DNA of 64,000 nucleotides from Octopus bimaculoides. Lineage: Eukaryota. A program made the position numbers and the translations under genes. The stretch is taken from assembly GCF_001194135.2 (NCBI RefSeq), contig NC_068990.1, positions 4,359,314 through 4,423,313 of the forward strand, in the 5' to 3' direction. The notes under the pieces were generated by a model that was not told the DNA's origin, searched no databases, and worked only from the letters and a program-made list of their open reading frames with translations. Below are positions 12,272-25,298 of this stretch, piece after piece. The number at the start of each line of letters is the position of its first letter. Position 1 is the first letter of the stretch.

Positions 12272-12636
12272 AAATAATAGTCAACCTATATTTTCCTCAC
12301 TTGTGCGTGTATGTCTAAATTACAGCATTTTGCTTTGAAGAAATGTAAGTAAATATTGGAAACAATAAAATTGTAATAAGAACAGAGCTAAAAAATATCA
12401 TAATAGTTAAACTGAACACCTGGCATTCTGGCTGTAATGATTTTATCCAGTCAATGTCTCTTCATTCATGTATAACTTCAGAGCTATTAAGTTAAAGAAA
12501 TCTTTTGAAATAATGTTTATGAAGGTTAGCTGAAGTACTGATTGCTTGATTGTTAGACATTGCAGCAGGAGAAATATAGAAGGGTAGGTAAGTGAGGATC
12601 TGTAATACATCCTTGCAGCTGAATGAATTCTTTTAA

Positions 12637-12856
12637 CCCTTTAGCATTCAGATTTCTCTGTTAAATATAATGCATTTTTATTCAAATTGTTTTGAATTAA
12701 TCATGCATTATCTTATAACTCTGAGCTTTTGATGATGTGATTGCTTATTTTTAGAATAACATTGTAGAGTAGGTGTGAAAGGCTAGATATGGCCAGTTTG
12801 AATGAAAAACATGTAGAATATTTGGGCTGGATATGACCAGTTCAAATGCTAAAGAG
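12637..12856 (+). mobile_element. piggyBac-type MITE (about 220 bp)
   Basis: TTAA|ccctttagcatt ... aatgctaaagag; same family as 30065-30285 and 56985-57192. Confidence 0.75.
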
Positions 12857-13339
12857 TTGCAGGCACCTAAGGACCATGAACAATACACATAAAGCACACA
12901 TGATAGATGGACCCATCCTTCATCCTCATTATCAGCTCTTCAGGGATCACCCCTTTTCTGTGCATCCATACATCTACCATTGTTTTTCATTCACTACATT
13001 CACCTTCGCCCATCTTTTACTCTCCTCTCACACCCTTATGAAATTTATCCAACCCCTCCTCTCCACCTGGATCCACTGTCCATATTCTCTCTTAAACTTG
13101 CTTTGTTGTTCTTTGAGAGTTTGCTCTGTCACCTCATCATCACCATCTTTATCTTCTTTCCAGTTGCTCCCACCCTTATGTAATACAGGGAAGCCATATA
13201 TCTTCTCTGTAGGAAGATATCTGTGTTTGTCCCTCTGTTATACATTAGCCTCTCAACAGCTGGCATAAAGCCACCTCCCTTTCCCTCAAACACATCCCCA
13301 CTCAGTCGAAGAGACTTTTTCTTTTTCTTTACTTGTCTT

Positions 13340-13530
13340 ACAAGTTACTTAGTGACCTCACTAGTGCTGGTGCATGAAAAAACCACTCAGTACACACTGT
13401 AAAGTGTTTTGATGTAGGAAGGGCATCCAGTCACAGAAACTATGCCAAAGCTGAGATTAGAGCTTAAATCCTGAAATTCATCTGATCTCAAGCTGTCCAG
13501 CCCTTGCCAGCATGGACAAAAGGACATTAA
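13340..13530 (+). mobile_element. Diverged RTE 3'-UTR-type repeat
   Basis: gtgacctcactagtgctggtg...acactgtaaagtg...gggcatccag...gccagcatggacaaaaggacatt. Confidence 0.65.
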
Positions 13531-14214
13531 ATTATTTCTGATTTTTCTTTTATGAACCGTGTTTTAGGAGACAGTTTTAGCAAACAAAATATACTTTATT
13601 CATTGTTTATCTCTCATGTATAATTGTGCTTTTTTTGCATCATAAAGCTGACAATCAAATAAATAAGATTTATTTAGACATTTTCTCTCTCTCTCTCTCT
13701 GATGGCATGTCAAGATAATAAGGAAGAATACATACCAGTAACTGAACAACATCCTTAGGGTCACGGCCCTGTACATTGGTCCCATTTATCTCACAGATTT
13801 CATCTCCCACATGTACGAGACCTACAAATAATAAATATTAATCAAATGAAGTATAATATAATATATACACAATATAATTACACAAGCATTAATAATACAA
13901 CCATTTGGCAGTTGATTCAATTTTATTAATATTGCTGTGTTAGTGGAATGACAGAAATGGTAGACTGCCAGACTAAATGCCATGCAGTAATTAGTTTAAT
14001 CTCTGCACACTCTAATTCAAAATCCTAATGGAGTTACCTTTTCTTTTTCATGCCTTCACGGTTAATAAAATAAGTACTAATCAAATACTAGAGTCAATTA
14101 AACCAGTAGCTCTTAAATTTATGGGCTTCTTTCACTATATAGAAGTTATAATTATTAGCAATATTATCAAGGAAAAGGTGATGGACTAACATAAAGTTGA
14201 CATTCTGTCAGTTA

Positions 14215-14512
14215 TGACGGCGAGGATTCCAGTTGATCCCGTCAATGGAAGAACCTGCTTGTGAAATTAACCTGCAAGTGCCCAAGCACTCCATAGACAT
14301 GTGTACCCTTAATGTAGCGCTCAGGGAGATTCAGCATGACAATGTGATAAGACTGGCCTATTGAATTACAGGTATAACTCAATTTTGTCAGCTGAGTGGA
14401 CTAGAGCATTGCGAAATAAAGTGTCTTGCTCAAGGACACAATGTGCCACTGGGAAATGAACTTACGACCTTATAATTGTGAGCCAGTTACCCTAACCACT
14501 TAGCCACATGCA
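14215..14512 (-). mobile_element. tRNA-derived CORE-like SINE (second subfamily)
   Basis: Head gtggctaagtggttagggtaactggctcacaattataaggtcgtaagttc, then ccttgagcaagacactttatttc. The sister copy is at 50020-50260. Confidence 0.75.
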
Positions 14513-15222
14513 TTCATAAGATGACCAGTAGAGTAACAGACATAACATAACTAGTTGAATAACAGACAAAATGCCAGGTGGTTTTTAGTTGTATTCCTTT
14601 ATGTTCTGAGTTCAAACTGCATTGGAGTAGGTTTACCTTTCGTCTTCCCAGAGTTGATAAAATGAGTACCAGTAGTCAACTACACATATTTTTCAACTTT
14701 GAGGCATTGCACCTATATTAGAAATCTATTGGAAATGAAGAGCAGGAAATTTTTGTCTGCATAGTGGTTTTGATGAAAGTGGCAGTGTGGAAAGCCTGAA
14801 ACTTAAAGTGCTGTGAATGTGACTTTTATTGTTCAGTAAATTCTTTATCAAAGTTCTTTATGAAGAAAGTGAGGATGGACAGAAAAGTAATACCTGACAG
14901 AAAAATACGACCTTGCTGTGGATTTTATGAAACATAGATGAAATTGTCACATGTGGTTTGAATTAAATGGCTGGCCTTTCAAATTGATTTCTAGTTTAAA
15001 TGATATAAGCCGAAAGCAGAGATTTGTTGGATTGTGGGGTTTTCTGATACTCAGTAAGGGGCTGTCTCTTCTGACTAATTTATTTTAATAATTTCTTTTT
15101 GTAAATTCATGTGTGTATATCTACGAATGGTTAGTTTTTTTGTTTTTTTTTCTAATGTCAGAGTACCGTGATGATTTATGTTTGAAACAGCAGTATTTTA
15201 TGGTCACACACTATAACTATTA

Positions 15223-15526
15223 TGAGGGGGTACTGAAAGAACAGTTGGAGGCTGATTCAGACTTTTGTTCAAACGTTAACACTGGTGATGAAAGCTGGTT
15301 CTATGGAATTTGCAGATGTAGAAGAGGTGAAGGAGAAAATGATGGAGGCATTAAAAGGCATCACTTTGCAAGAGTTCCAGCACTGCTTTGAATAGTGGGA
15401 AACGCGCCTGGACTGATGCGTTGCTTCAAATGGAGAATACTTTGAAGGCAATAAAAGTGTAAACATGTAAAACTAAATGAATAAAATAATATTGCGAAAT
15501 TCTGGTTTCTTTTGAGTACCTTATCA
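15223..15526 (+). mobile_element. Internally deleted mariner derivative (about 304 bp)
   Basis: TA|tgagggggtactgaaag ... ttttgagtaccttatca|TA are imperfect TIRs. It retains FCSNVNTGDESWFYG and FADVEEVKEKMMEALKGI...SNGEYFEG. Confidence 0.8.
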
Positions 15527-16039
15527 TATTCCTGTTTAAAGTTGCTTGTTATTGAAATCAACTCACAAACTTCCAGAAGATTTTCCAAAGTTTGATTAAT
15601 GTTATCTGAAAAGTCATCCAGGAATCTTCTTATAGATGTAAAGCTCAGTAAAAGTAACATTAAAGTATTTGTATAAGCTTACACCACCATATTCAACATC
15701 TCCACAACTACCCATTTCATAAACTCTATTTCATACTGACTATGTATTTAAAATATAAGAAAGACTGCATAGCAAATTCTGAATATCCCTTTCAGGGCCT
15801 AAAAATAGTTCAAGTTTGAACATTTCTGATAATCTGCAAAGAACAAGAATATTCCCAAATGTATGATATAAAATATAAACCAATGTTCCTTAATCTGCCA
15901 GCTCTGATTTGAACATAAGCCAAAATTCTTGTTAACAAAATGTCCAAAGACAACCTAAATAAAATTGTAAGTATGATGATTAGCCTGACTTTGGCATTAT
16001 TTATTCTGTTGGTGGTACTCAAACTCTTTTGAAATTTTT

Positions 16040-17010
16040 CAGGTCAATATGGACAATTCAGACTTTTCCTTAGAAGTGGTAGATAGTTTCTATTACTCAG
16101 GTGACCAAGTTAGCAGTGGAAGATATAGCTCTGAAAGTGTAGTTGCTCGAATAAGAACAGGCTGCACAAAGTTAAGAGAGCTGCTGCCTTTGTTAGTAAC
16201 AAAGGACCTCTCCCTCAGAATGAAAGGCAGATTGTAGGATGCCTGTGTATGGACAGCTATGCTACATGGCAGTGAGATATGAACTGTGACTACTGAGCAC
16301 ATGGATGAATAATGTCAGTGTGTATATACAACACAAAGTAAGTGATATGAGAGAAAAACTGGGTATACAAGGCATCAGATGTAAGGTGCAAGATATAAGA
16401 CTGCACTGGTATGGTCATGTGATACATATGAATCAGGACAGCTGCATCAAGAAGTACTGATCTCTAATTGTTGAGGAAATTGGTGGAAGGGGTAGATCCA
16501 GGAAGATGTGGAACAAAATGGTGAGAAAGGATCTTCAAACATTGGGCCTCACAGAGGAGATGACAAGGGACCAAGACTTTGGCAGTTCACTGCTCTTGAG
16601 AAGACATATCAAGCTAAGTAAAATCATGGCTATTCATGCATACAGGCATGTCCTCTATGTTGAAAGGTCCTAGTCTTGTAGGCTTGTGGGTGCTGGTACC
16701 ATATAAAAGCATCCATGTTGGTGCTACATCAAAGTGCCCATGTCAGTACTGTGTAAAAGGTACCCATACCATGACATGTACAAGCACCCATGATGGTGCC
16801 ATGCAAAAGCACCCAAGTTGTCGTGTTAAAAGCACCCATTGCACTCTGTAAAGTGGTTAGCATTAGGGAGGGCATCCAGCCATAGAAACCATGCCAAAAC
16901 AGACAAATGGAGCCTGAGCAACTCTCTAGCTGGCCAGCTCCTGTCCAAACTGTCCTACCCATGCCAGCATGGAGAACAGATGTTAAACAATGAGGAAGAT
17001 GATGATAACT
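16040..17010 (+). mobile_element. 5'-truncated RTE LINE with 3' UTR and (GAT)n-like tail
   Basis: SLEVVDSFYYSGDQVSSG...VVARIRTGCTKLRELLPLLVTKDLSLRMKGRL, then a degenerate C-terminus, then a UTR ending gttaaacaatgaggaagatgatgat. Confidence 0.9.
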
Positions 17011-17968
17011 ATGACCAAATTCTAGGAACATAACATTAAAAAAATGGGCATTTTGATTCCTTTATTGAACAAATTCACAAAAGAGGGAAGATAATGAGCA
17101 TTTAGTCATGTATTCTGGGGATTTGGAATTAAATTTAAGAAAATAAATCTTTTGTAATTCAGACAATTTTACTGTTCATGCTAATGCCGTTAAGATTCAG
17201 TATAGCTTGATGTCTGCTGCCTTATAGGAAACAGTAGGTGTCTTATGGACCATATGTAGGAATTGTCTTATACATAGATATATTCGTCTTTAATATTAGC
17301 TGAAGCAGGTATCTTTACATTTTTTTTAATATATTAAAAATAGCTGTCAAACCACCCACAAATCATGCACACTGCTACCTCCTAAGAAAAGGATACGTTG
17401 AGTAATGTAGTTCTTGATATACAAAACGATAGAATGTATAGTATCAGCTTTAATTCCTTTGATTATTGATCTGCTAGCTTAGGATCGACCTTGAATAAAA
17501 AATAACAGCATTTGAGTCTAATGACTACAAACTGCAATGTCTGAACTCAAAAGGACTCTTTTAAAAAATGAGCAAAAGAGCACTATATTAAATTAGACTG
17601 ATTAGTCTTGCTCAAGTGAGCAACTACGTCTAAAGAAAATAGATATTTTTAGATGACCAATGCCATGTTAATGGAATTTAGTATTTGGAGAATGTGAAGA
17701 AGTATGTTGGGAGTCTAGCACCTAACTATGGGATTGAAATGTTTACAGCCCCTGAATTGGACAACACCACTTAGTACCGAGGGTCCCTCTTTCTTTACCT
17801 AGGGTAGGGAGCCAATGATATGACAATTTAAAATTCAAGAGGCAACAGCTTTTCAGTATCTTTTCAGTATCTTTTCAAAAACCTCAAACCTCAGAGATCT
17901 ATGAGATGTAAATGCAGATGTGTTCCAAACACATTTTTATTTGAGATACTGGATGAACTCAAATATAC

Positions 17969-17999
<31 letters not shown>

Positions 18000-18164
18000 T
18001 GTGTGTGTGAGAGAGAGAGTGTGTGTGAGAGTGTGTGTATGTGTGTGTGTATATATATATACATATATATGCATACTTCTATATTATGTAAATGTATGTA
18101 TATGCATATATGTACACACACACACACACACACACACACATAATATATATGATGAGCAAAATCA

Positions 18165-18400
18165 CAGTTGTGGCAGATACTGGTGTCACACAAATGGCAC
18201 CTGTACCAGTGGCACATAAAAGCACCCGTTACACTCTCAGAGCAGTTGGCATTAGAAAGGGTATCCAGCTATAGAAACCATGTTAAATCAGATTGGAGTC
18301 TGGTGCAACCTTTCAGCTTGCCAGCCCTGGTCAAACCATCCAACCCATGCCAACATGGACAATGGATGTTAAATGATGATGATGATGATGATGATGATGT
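18165..18400 (+). mobile_element. RTE 3'-end-derived insertion with (GAT)n tail
   Basis: cagtggcacataaaagcacc...caacccatgccaacatggacaatggatgttaaatgatgatgat. Confidence 0.8.
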
Positions 18401-18502
18401 ATAAATATATATGATATATATAATATATATGTATATATGATATATATAATATATGTGTATATATATTTATGAAATGAAGTATTTATATCCAGATATATGT
18501 AT

Positions 18503-18554
<52 letters not shown>

Positions 18555-21029
18555 ATAGATGTGTATGTGCACACATACACAAACACACACAGATAATTAC
18601 ATCTGTATGTGACAGTGTCCAATGTGAGCATGTGTTACTTTAGCTTGAAAACTCTTAACTTAGTGGCTTGATGACATAATTTCAGACTGAAATAAATATT
18701 TGAGTCAATATGACTGGCTAATTAAGGTCACTGACCCAATATAGGCACAATCCAATGACTAAAACTAGTAAAATAGTAAGAAAAATACATAGCAAAGTTT
18801 GTTAATGTGAAATGTCATGTTACAGAACAGTTGGGTTTATGTTGGAGATTCTATCTGAAAGGATTTGATGTTAATTGTAGATGTATTTTCCTATGTCATT
18901 ATACTAGCTGAAAAGTTATTTGTAATGTGTTTGAAGTTTTTCTGTTATGTGTAGTTCATGTATAGCAGATGTATGGTGTGCTGTAATGTATCATTGATGT
19001 TTTGTAAAAATTGTATCGTAACGCAGTTGAAGAAGACTAAATTGTTTTGTACTTATAAGGAGATCGATTGGGAGGTGTTTCATTATAGAAGCAGTGCAAG
19101 CATAGGTTAAGTGTGGCTGACTACCAAGCACAAGTAGTTACAAATGCATGAACTGTGATATCATTTGTATAGAAGTGTGTGGATACAGTTTGGCAGTGGC
19201 TGCCCTGTAAAATATAACCATCATCTTGATCGTTGACCATCTTATTCTTTGAGGCCCAGCATGCTGACATGTGTTCTTCAGCCAGGTGTGTAAACTATTG
19301 ATGATACACCTCATGCTGTCCTTCGGCACTTATTGTACATTCATATCACATACAAGTGCAGTTGTCAGTTCTGTAAACTTCAACTGAGGTCACATGCAAA
19401 TTTGCTTTCTCAGCTTGCTTACACTCTGGTTTTCATGTATGTTAACAATAGATATCAGACAGATCATGCTCAGCTCATTTCTCTCCAGCTTCCACAGACT
19501 TGCCTAATTCAATACTCATGTAACACATTCATGCAGTATTACAAATTTGGCACATGCTACATCCAGCCTAAGTTTTTGGAGGGGGAGAGAAAGAGGGAGA
19601 AGAGAGAGAGAGTGTAACTTTCTTTCACCCTCTTCTTTACATTAACATCTTTACTTCTACTACAAGCATTTCTAACATTAATTAAATTACTAAGATAAAA
19701 CTACATTTAAAAAGCCACATAAGTTTCCAGTTACACAGTATGATAAAGTAATAAAAGTTAAAACAAGAACTAGGAGGAAAGCATGTTCACACTCATTTAC
19801 AATCTAGAAATTTCTCTATGCAATTAGAAGTTAAAGCATTTGGACATTTAATTCAAATACTCAAAGAAGCAGATTAAATAAATTTTATACAGAAAACTTC
19901 AAAATTGGAAAAGAATGGTATGCCTATTGAAATTATATTTCAATAGCTTCAAAGGAAAGAATTAGCTTTTAGTTACAATGTTTCGAAAAATTAAGATTAG
20001 TCAATTAAAGTAAGATTGACACTAAGAAACATCTTGTAATTATATGCCTAGAATATATATCAATTTGCTATAAAAAAAATTATATATATCAACTAGTTCC
20101 ATTACCCACCACCTAGCCCCTCATGATTGAGTGAATAGCCATAGAAAAGGCTTCTAAACAACTGACTCAACATGAAAACGAAATTACCCAAGGAAAAACA
20201 AATGAATGTAAAAAGAGAGAAGCGGGGAAGATAAATGTTAAGTGAATAAGATCGTTGCAGAAGAAAATTTCAAAAGATAGAAAAAAGATGAAATAATCTG
20301 ATAGACCGGAAGATATGGTAAGATATGACAGAAACTGGAATTTAATGATAAGAATGTAGAGTTAGTTTTTGAAGTAACTTATTGTAAATATTGGCACTGT
20401 CTATAGTGGCAAGCTGGTAGAATCGTTAAGATGATGGACAAAATACATAGCAGCATTTCATCCATTTTTACAGTTTGAGTTCAAATTCTACCAAGGTTAC
20501 TTTGTATTTCATTCTTTCACAGTTGATGCAAAAAGTATCCACTGGCTTATGAACGAAATTTGCTTTGGGGATGCAAACCCAGGTCCAAAATTTTTCTTAC
20601 AAAGTCTTATTTTATTTATTTTTGTTCCTTGTTCTTTTAGAAGAAACCTAACTTTAAGCTACTTTTTACAGATTACATTTTACACATTGTTTTCTAAACC
20701 TGAGAAAAGTAAGAATAGGTGCCAAAATTTCAGGAGGTACACTTGCACCTCCTGCATCCCCTGTTCCTGGGCCCATGTAAGTACCAGTGGAACACTGGGG
20801 TTGATGTAATTGATTTACCCACTCCCTCAAACTGCTGACCTTGGGCCAAAATTTGAAACCAATATTGGTATTTCATCCCTACTATTAGCTAATGCGATAT
20901 CTCAGATACCCCCTCTCTCCTCAGAATTACATTATCTATATACGATTTTGCAGGCAGCTTGTTTGAACTTTTAACTTATTATTATGTATGTGCCTATGTA
21001 TTTTTATAGAAAATATAACATACTTGGTG

Positions 21030-21200
21030 ACTCTGTTAGTGATGGCGCTATGTAAAAAGCACTGGAGCTAGTGCCATGTAAAAAGCAGCCAGTACACTCT
21101 ATAAAGTGGTTGGCATTAGGGAGGCTACCCAGCTGTAGAAACCATGCCAAACCAGAAAACTGAGCCTGTCAAACTACCCAACTTATGCCAGCATAGAAAA
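21030..21200 (+). mobile_element. Diverged RTE 3'-end-derived insertion
   Basis: gccatgtaaaaagcagccagtacactctataaagtggttggcattaggg...gccagcatagaaaacagacattg. Confidence 0.7.
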
Positions 21201-22895
21201 CAGACATTGAATATTGAAGATAATCAAGATCATGCATGTGTGTGTAAGAGTGAGTGTGACACAGGGGGAGGAGGGATTGGTATTTGTTTTCATGTCTCTT
21301 GTCAAGTCATTTCATCTCTTCTCTGATGTACAAAGTAATGGACAGAAATCTTCTCTTTCTTCAACATTTCTCTTTGTCTCTCGCTGTAAATATGCATACA
21401 CACAACAACTATTTACTGTTTATTTCTTCACTCTGAGTAAACTCCTCCCCCCCACTTTCAACAGTAGTTTCTGTCATCCTCTCTCTATATAAACACACAT
21501 GCTACCTATTGTTTGCTTCCTCTCTCTCTCTCTATGTAAGCACATACAGTAGTAAGTAGAAGTCACTCCCATTCTCTGTCTCTGTAAACACACAAAAACA
21601 GAGCTGTTGTTCATTGATTAGTATATTCTGTATCTAAAGTCACAAGAGAAGGAAGACAACTGATTGCCAACTTTCGCACATATGAAATTTTGCTTCAGGT
21701 AAACAATCACAAAAGTTGGGCATCCCTGAATATTTCCACCCACTTCCCAGTCATTCAGTTTAAGTTTCCACACCAGTCAGTGTTTATTCATTTAAACTGT
21801 ATACATCTTTCAGTTATATCAGGTCACACAAGATCTGTAGGACTATGTTTTAACAAAGAGGTCTATTAAGACTGAAACATGTCCAAAGTTGTCATGCACT
21901 ATTATCTATTTTTTTAATTACTTTTTATTAATTCAAATCTTTAGGTTGTCTCCCTTAAATTAATAATTAAAACAGAATTAATCCTCAAACTGATGATTTA
22001 ACTCCCCAGTAACAATGCAACTGTAATTAATCAACATTTTTTGGATCACTATATTAGCACCAACTTTAATAAAATATAAACAAGAATAATTTATTGATGC
22101 GAACTATTGAGAATTGTTTTCTCAGTGAAAAAAAAATTCAACTATAAATAAGCATTAAAGGAACTATCTATTTTATGTAAGTCTATGTGAGAAAAAGTCA
22201 TTGTTATAACTTTTAATAGTGGTACCTACTTATTCAGAAGCTAATCTTTCATTTTATATAATTCATCTTGTGGGATTTTCTTTTATTACTCTTCATCCAT
22301 TATGTTGCTGTCATCAATGGAATTTTGTTAGAACAATTATTTTTTATTGCTGAATAAGATTTCTAGAATGAACAACTCAACTGTGAAATAAGAGTAAAAC
22401 CTTTTACATTTTTTTTGTCAGCAAAGTAAACTAGAACAACGTTGCATACATTGACTAGGTATGTAACAGAATAATCAAACTCATCTCTATGTAGTCAGTT
22501 GTGTAAAAGCTTACCCTCATAGCCAAGATGTTTTATGAATTGTCAAGAACAAAAGATGATAAAACTTACAAATACATCATACTTAAAATTTTACACTTTG
22601 GGGGACTTCCTTTAGAAAAAAAATTCATGCTATTATCGAAAAGTCAGTTGAAAGAGTTGTATAAAGCTAGAGTTCTTTTTTATTACATTTTGAACCATTT
22701 TCTTACACAAGAGAATTTCCAGTTCAAAATATTTACATACTGTAAAAGGGGCTCTTTAGGAAATAAGATTTGTAAATAGTTTCAATAAATAAGGTGTATT
22801 TAAACAGTCTAAACATAAGCAGTCTATCTAGATTGAAGAGGATAAAAAATGATGAAATACAGTAAACTCTCACTGTCTGCCTGTCTGTTTGTCTC

Positions 22896-22928
<33 letters not shown>

Positions 22929-22938
22929 NNNNNNNNNN
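22929..22938. other. Assembly gap (10 N)
   Basis: N run between (CT)n and (GT)n. Confidence 1.
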
Positions 22939-22964
22939 ATGTGTGTGTGTGTGTGTGTGTGTGT

Positions 22965-23327
22965 ATTACTTGTTTCAGATTTTGGATTATAGCCACGGTG
23001 CTGGGCCACCATATTGAAGGATCTATTTGAACAAATGTACCCCAGTATTTATTTTTTATTTATAAACCTGGTACCTTTGCCAAACATAAACAAACCAACA
23101 CCAGCTGTTAAGTAGTGGAAAGGTACAACACAAAGACACACGCATGCATGCGCGCACATACCCACACACACACGCTCACTCAGCTTCTTTTAGTTTCCGT
23201 CTTGCCAAATCCATGTACAAGGCTTTGGTTGGCCTGGAGCAAAAGTAAGAGAAAACACTTGGCCACTGCATAATGGGATTGAGCCCAGAACCATGTTGTT
23301 AAGATGTAGACGTCTTATTACAAAGCT
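22965..23327 (-). mobile_element. tRNA-derived CORE-like SINE
   Basis: Colinear with 4330-4810 (cagttgtcaagc/cagctgttaagt, then (CA)n, then cttttagtttccgtc...aaatcca...aaggctttggttgg). Confidence 0.7.
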
Positions 23328-23602
23328 ACTGTGAGTGTATGTGTGTGTGATTGTGCATGTGTGTATGTGTGCAAATATTTATAAGTGAATATATATATAT
23401 AAGCATACATATATGTATATATATATGCAAACATACATTTGTACATATTTATATATAGACTTTTATATAAATATTTGTGTGTGTAAACAAACACACACAC
23501 ACACACACGTGTGTGTGTATGTAAGTATAATAAAACTTAAAGATATTTGTAAACACATGCATATTAATGCTTATAATCCTCTGAGTAAATAAATTATCTT
23601 AC

Positions 23603-23684
23603 CACTTCTGTCTGCTGCCCCACCACGGAGAATTCTGGCGATTTCTAAGCTCTGTTTTTTCTCATTTTTTTGTATAGTTGCACC
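23603..23684 (-). CDS. MPP7: Internal coding exon (82 bp, phase 0 to 1) of a MAGUK p55-subfamily gene, MPP7-like; PDZ domain segment
   Basis: Minus strand reads attgtcatttcag|GGT GCA ACT ... AGA AGT G|gtaagat, with canonical acceptor and donor. Translation [27 protein letters not shown](G) matches my recollection of vertebrate MPP7 PDZ ([28 protein letters not shown]), which has the same 82-nt coding span. The symbol is a best match; the MPP3/MPP7 paralogue is not resolvable from one exon. Confidence 0.87.
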
Positions 23685-23914
23685 CTGAAATGACAATTAT
23701 TGATAAATATAGTCACAGATTTAGAAATAACTTTGGATCAATAAGTTCAAAATAATTCATGTATTCATGTATATTTCCAAGGAAATAGACCAATGATAGT
23801 TTTAGTGTTATAAAAGGATTTATGTGTCTTTTAATAATTCTTGCACACTGAACCTTAAAGATATCTCTCTTATTTCTTCACCAACAGGCAAACCAGAATA
23901 TACATCAACAGAAC

Positions 23915-23952
<38 letters not shown>

Positions 23953-24001
23953 TTATACAAATGTACAATATATACATGTATCTATCTATCTATCTATCTA
24001 T

Positions 24002-24078
<77 letters not shown>

Positions 24079-24748
24079 ATATATATGTTACACATGAACA
24101 CACACATATGTTTATAGACATACCATGTTAAATAGCACAAAAATATATCAGTAGTAGAAGAAAACTGTTCATCACACACATATATACCTGTGCAAATATG
24201 TGTATATCTATCTATCTATATTATATACACACATACACATATATATATATGTTCATAAATATGTGTGCATGCAAGTTTGTCTCCATTTTCCTTTTGTATT
24301 CACATGACTTTTGTAGCAGTTCATGTCTCACTTAAACAAAATATGTCAGCAAGTCAAAGAGCAAACACTAAATACAGTACTTTTACAGTACAACTTCACA
24401 AGGGGAAGAGTATATACATATATACACACACATACATATCTGGATTTAGGAATCCTATTGCTACCAATGAAAATTACACGTGCGTTGACATAATATGATA
24501 TATACTGCTGTACAATTTAAAATCTTTTGTTGATAATTTATCAACTTCAAAATCATTCCCAAAATCCTTTGCTACTTAAGGCACAGAATTATTATGACTA
24601 TCACTTTATTTTGAAAGTAGTATTGAAGGTTTCAAAACTTGATATGAATGTCATCATTCCAAATAAAACATATAGTACTACAAGGCAACAAGACAAATTA
24701 GGTGTATATATGGACTTATGCATATTATATATATATATATATATATAT

Positions 24749-24749
<1 letters not shown>

Positions 24750-24780
<31 letters not shown>

Positions 24781-25058
24781 TTAACGTCCGCTTTCCATGC
24801 TAGCATGGGTTGGACGACTTGACTGAGGACTGGTGAAACCGGATGGCAACACCAGGCTCCAATCTAAATTTGGCAGAGTTTCTACAGCTGGATGCCCTTC
24901 CTAACGCCAACCACTCAGAGAGTGTAGTAGGTGCTTTTACGTGTCACCTGCACGAAGGCCAGTCAGGCGATACTGGCAACGGCCACGCTCGAAATGGTGT
25001 CTTTTATGTGCCACCCGCACAGGAGCCAGTCCAGGGGCACTGGCAACGATCTCGCTTG
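24750..25058 (-). mobile_element. Young RTE 3'-end-derived insertion, running into a gap
   Basis: Near-identical to 62447-62830, with an (ATC)n tail on the plus strand. Confidence 0.85.
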
Positions 25059-25261
25059 NNNNNNNNNNNNNNNNNNNNNNNNNNNNNNNNNNNNNNNNNN
25101 NNNNNNNNNNNNNNNNNNNNNNNNNNNNNNNNNNNNNNNNNNNNNNNNNNNNNNNNNNNNNNNNNNNNNNNNNNNNNNNNNNNNNNNNNNNNNNNNNNNN
25201 NNNNNNNNNNNNNNNNNNNNNNNNNNNNNNNNNNNNNNNNNNNNNNNNNNNNNNNNNNNNN
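25059..25261. other. Assembly gap (203 N)
   Basis: N run. Confidence 1.

Positions 25262-25298
<37 letters not shown>

Noticed and set aside
17650-17830. Coding-like plus frame (YLENVKKYVGSLAPNYGIEMF...)
   Set aside because: Interrupted by several stops and not assignable to any family.
19138-19617. Short ORFs in a GC-richer patch
   Set aside because: Stops occur in all plausible frames and there is no motif; probably a decayed repeat.
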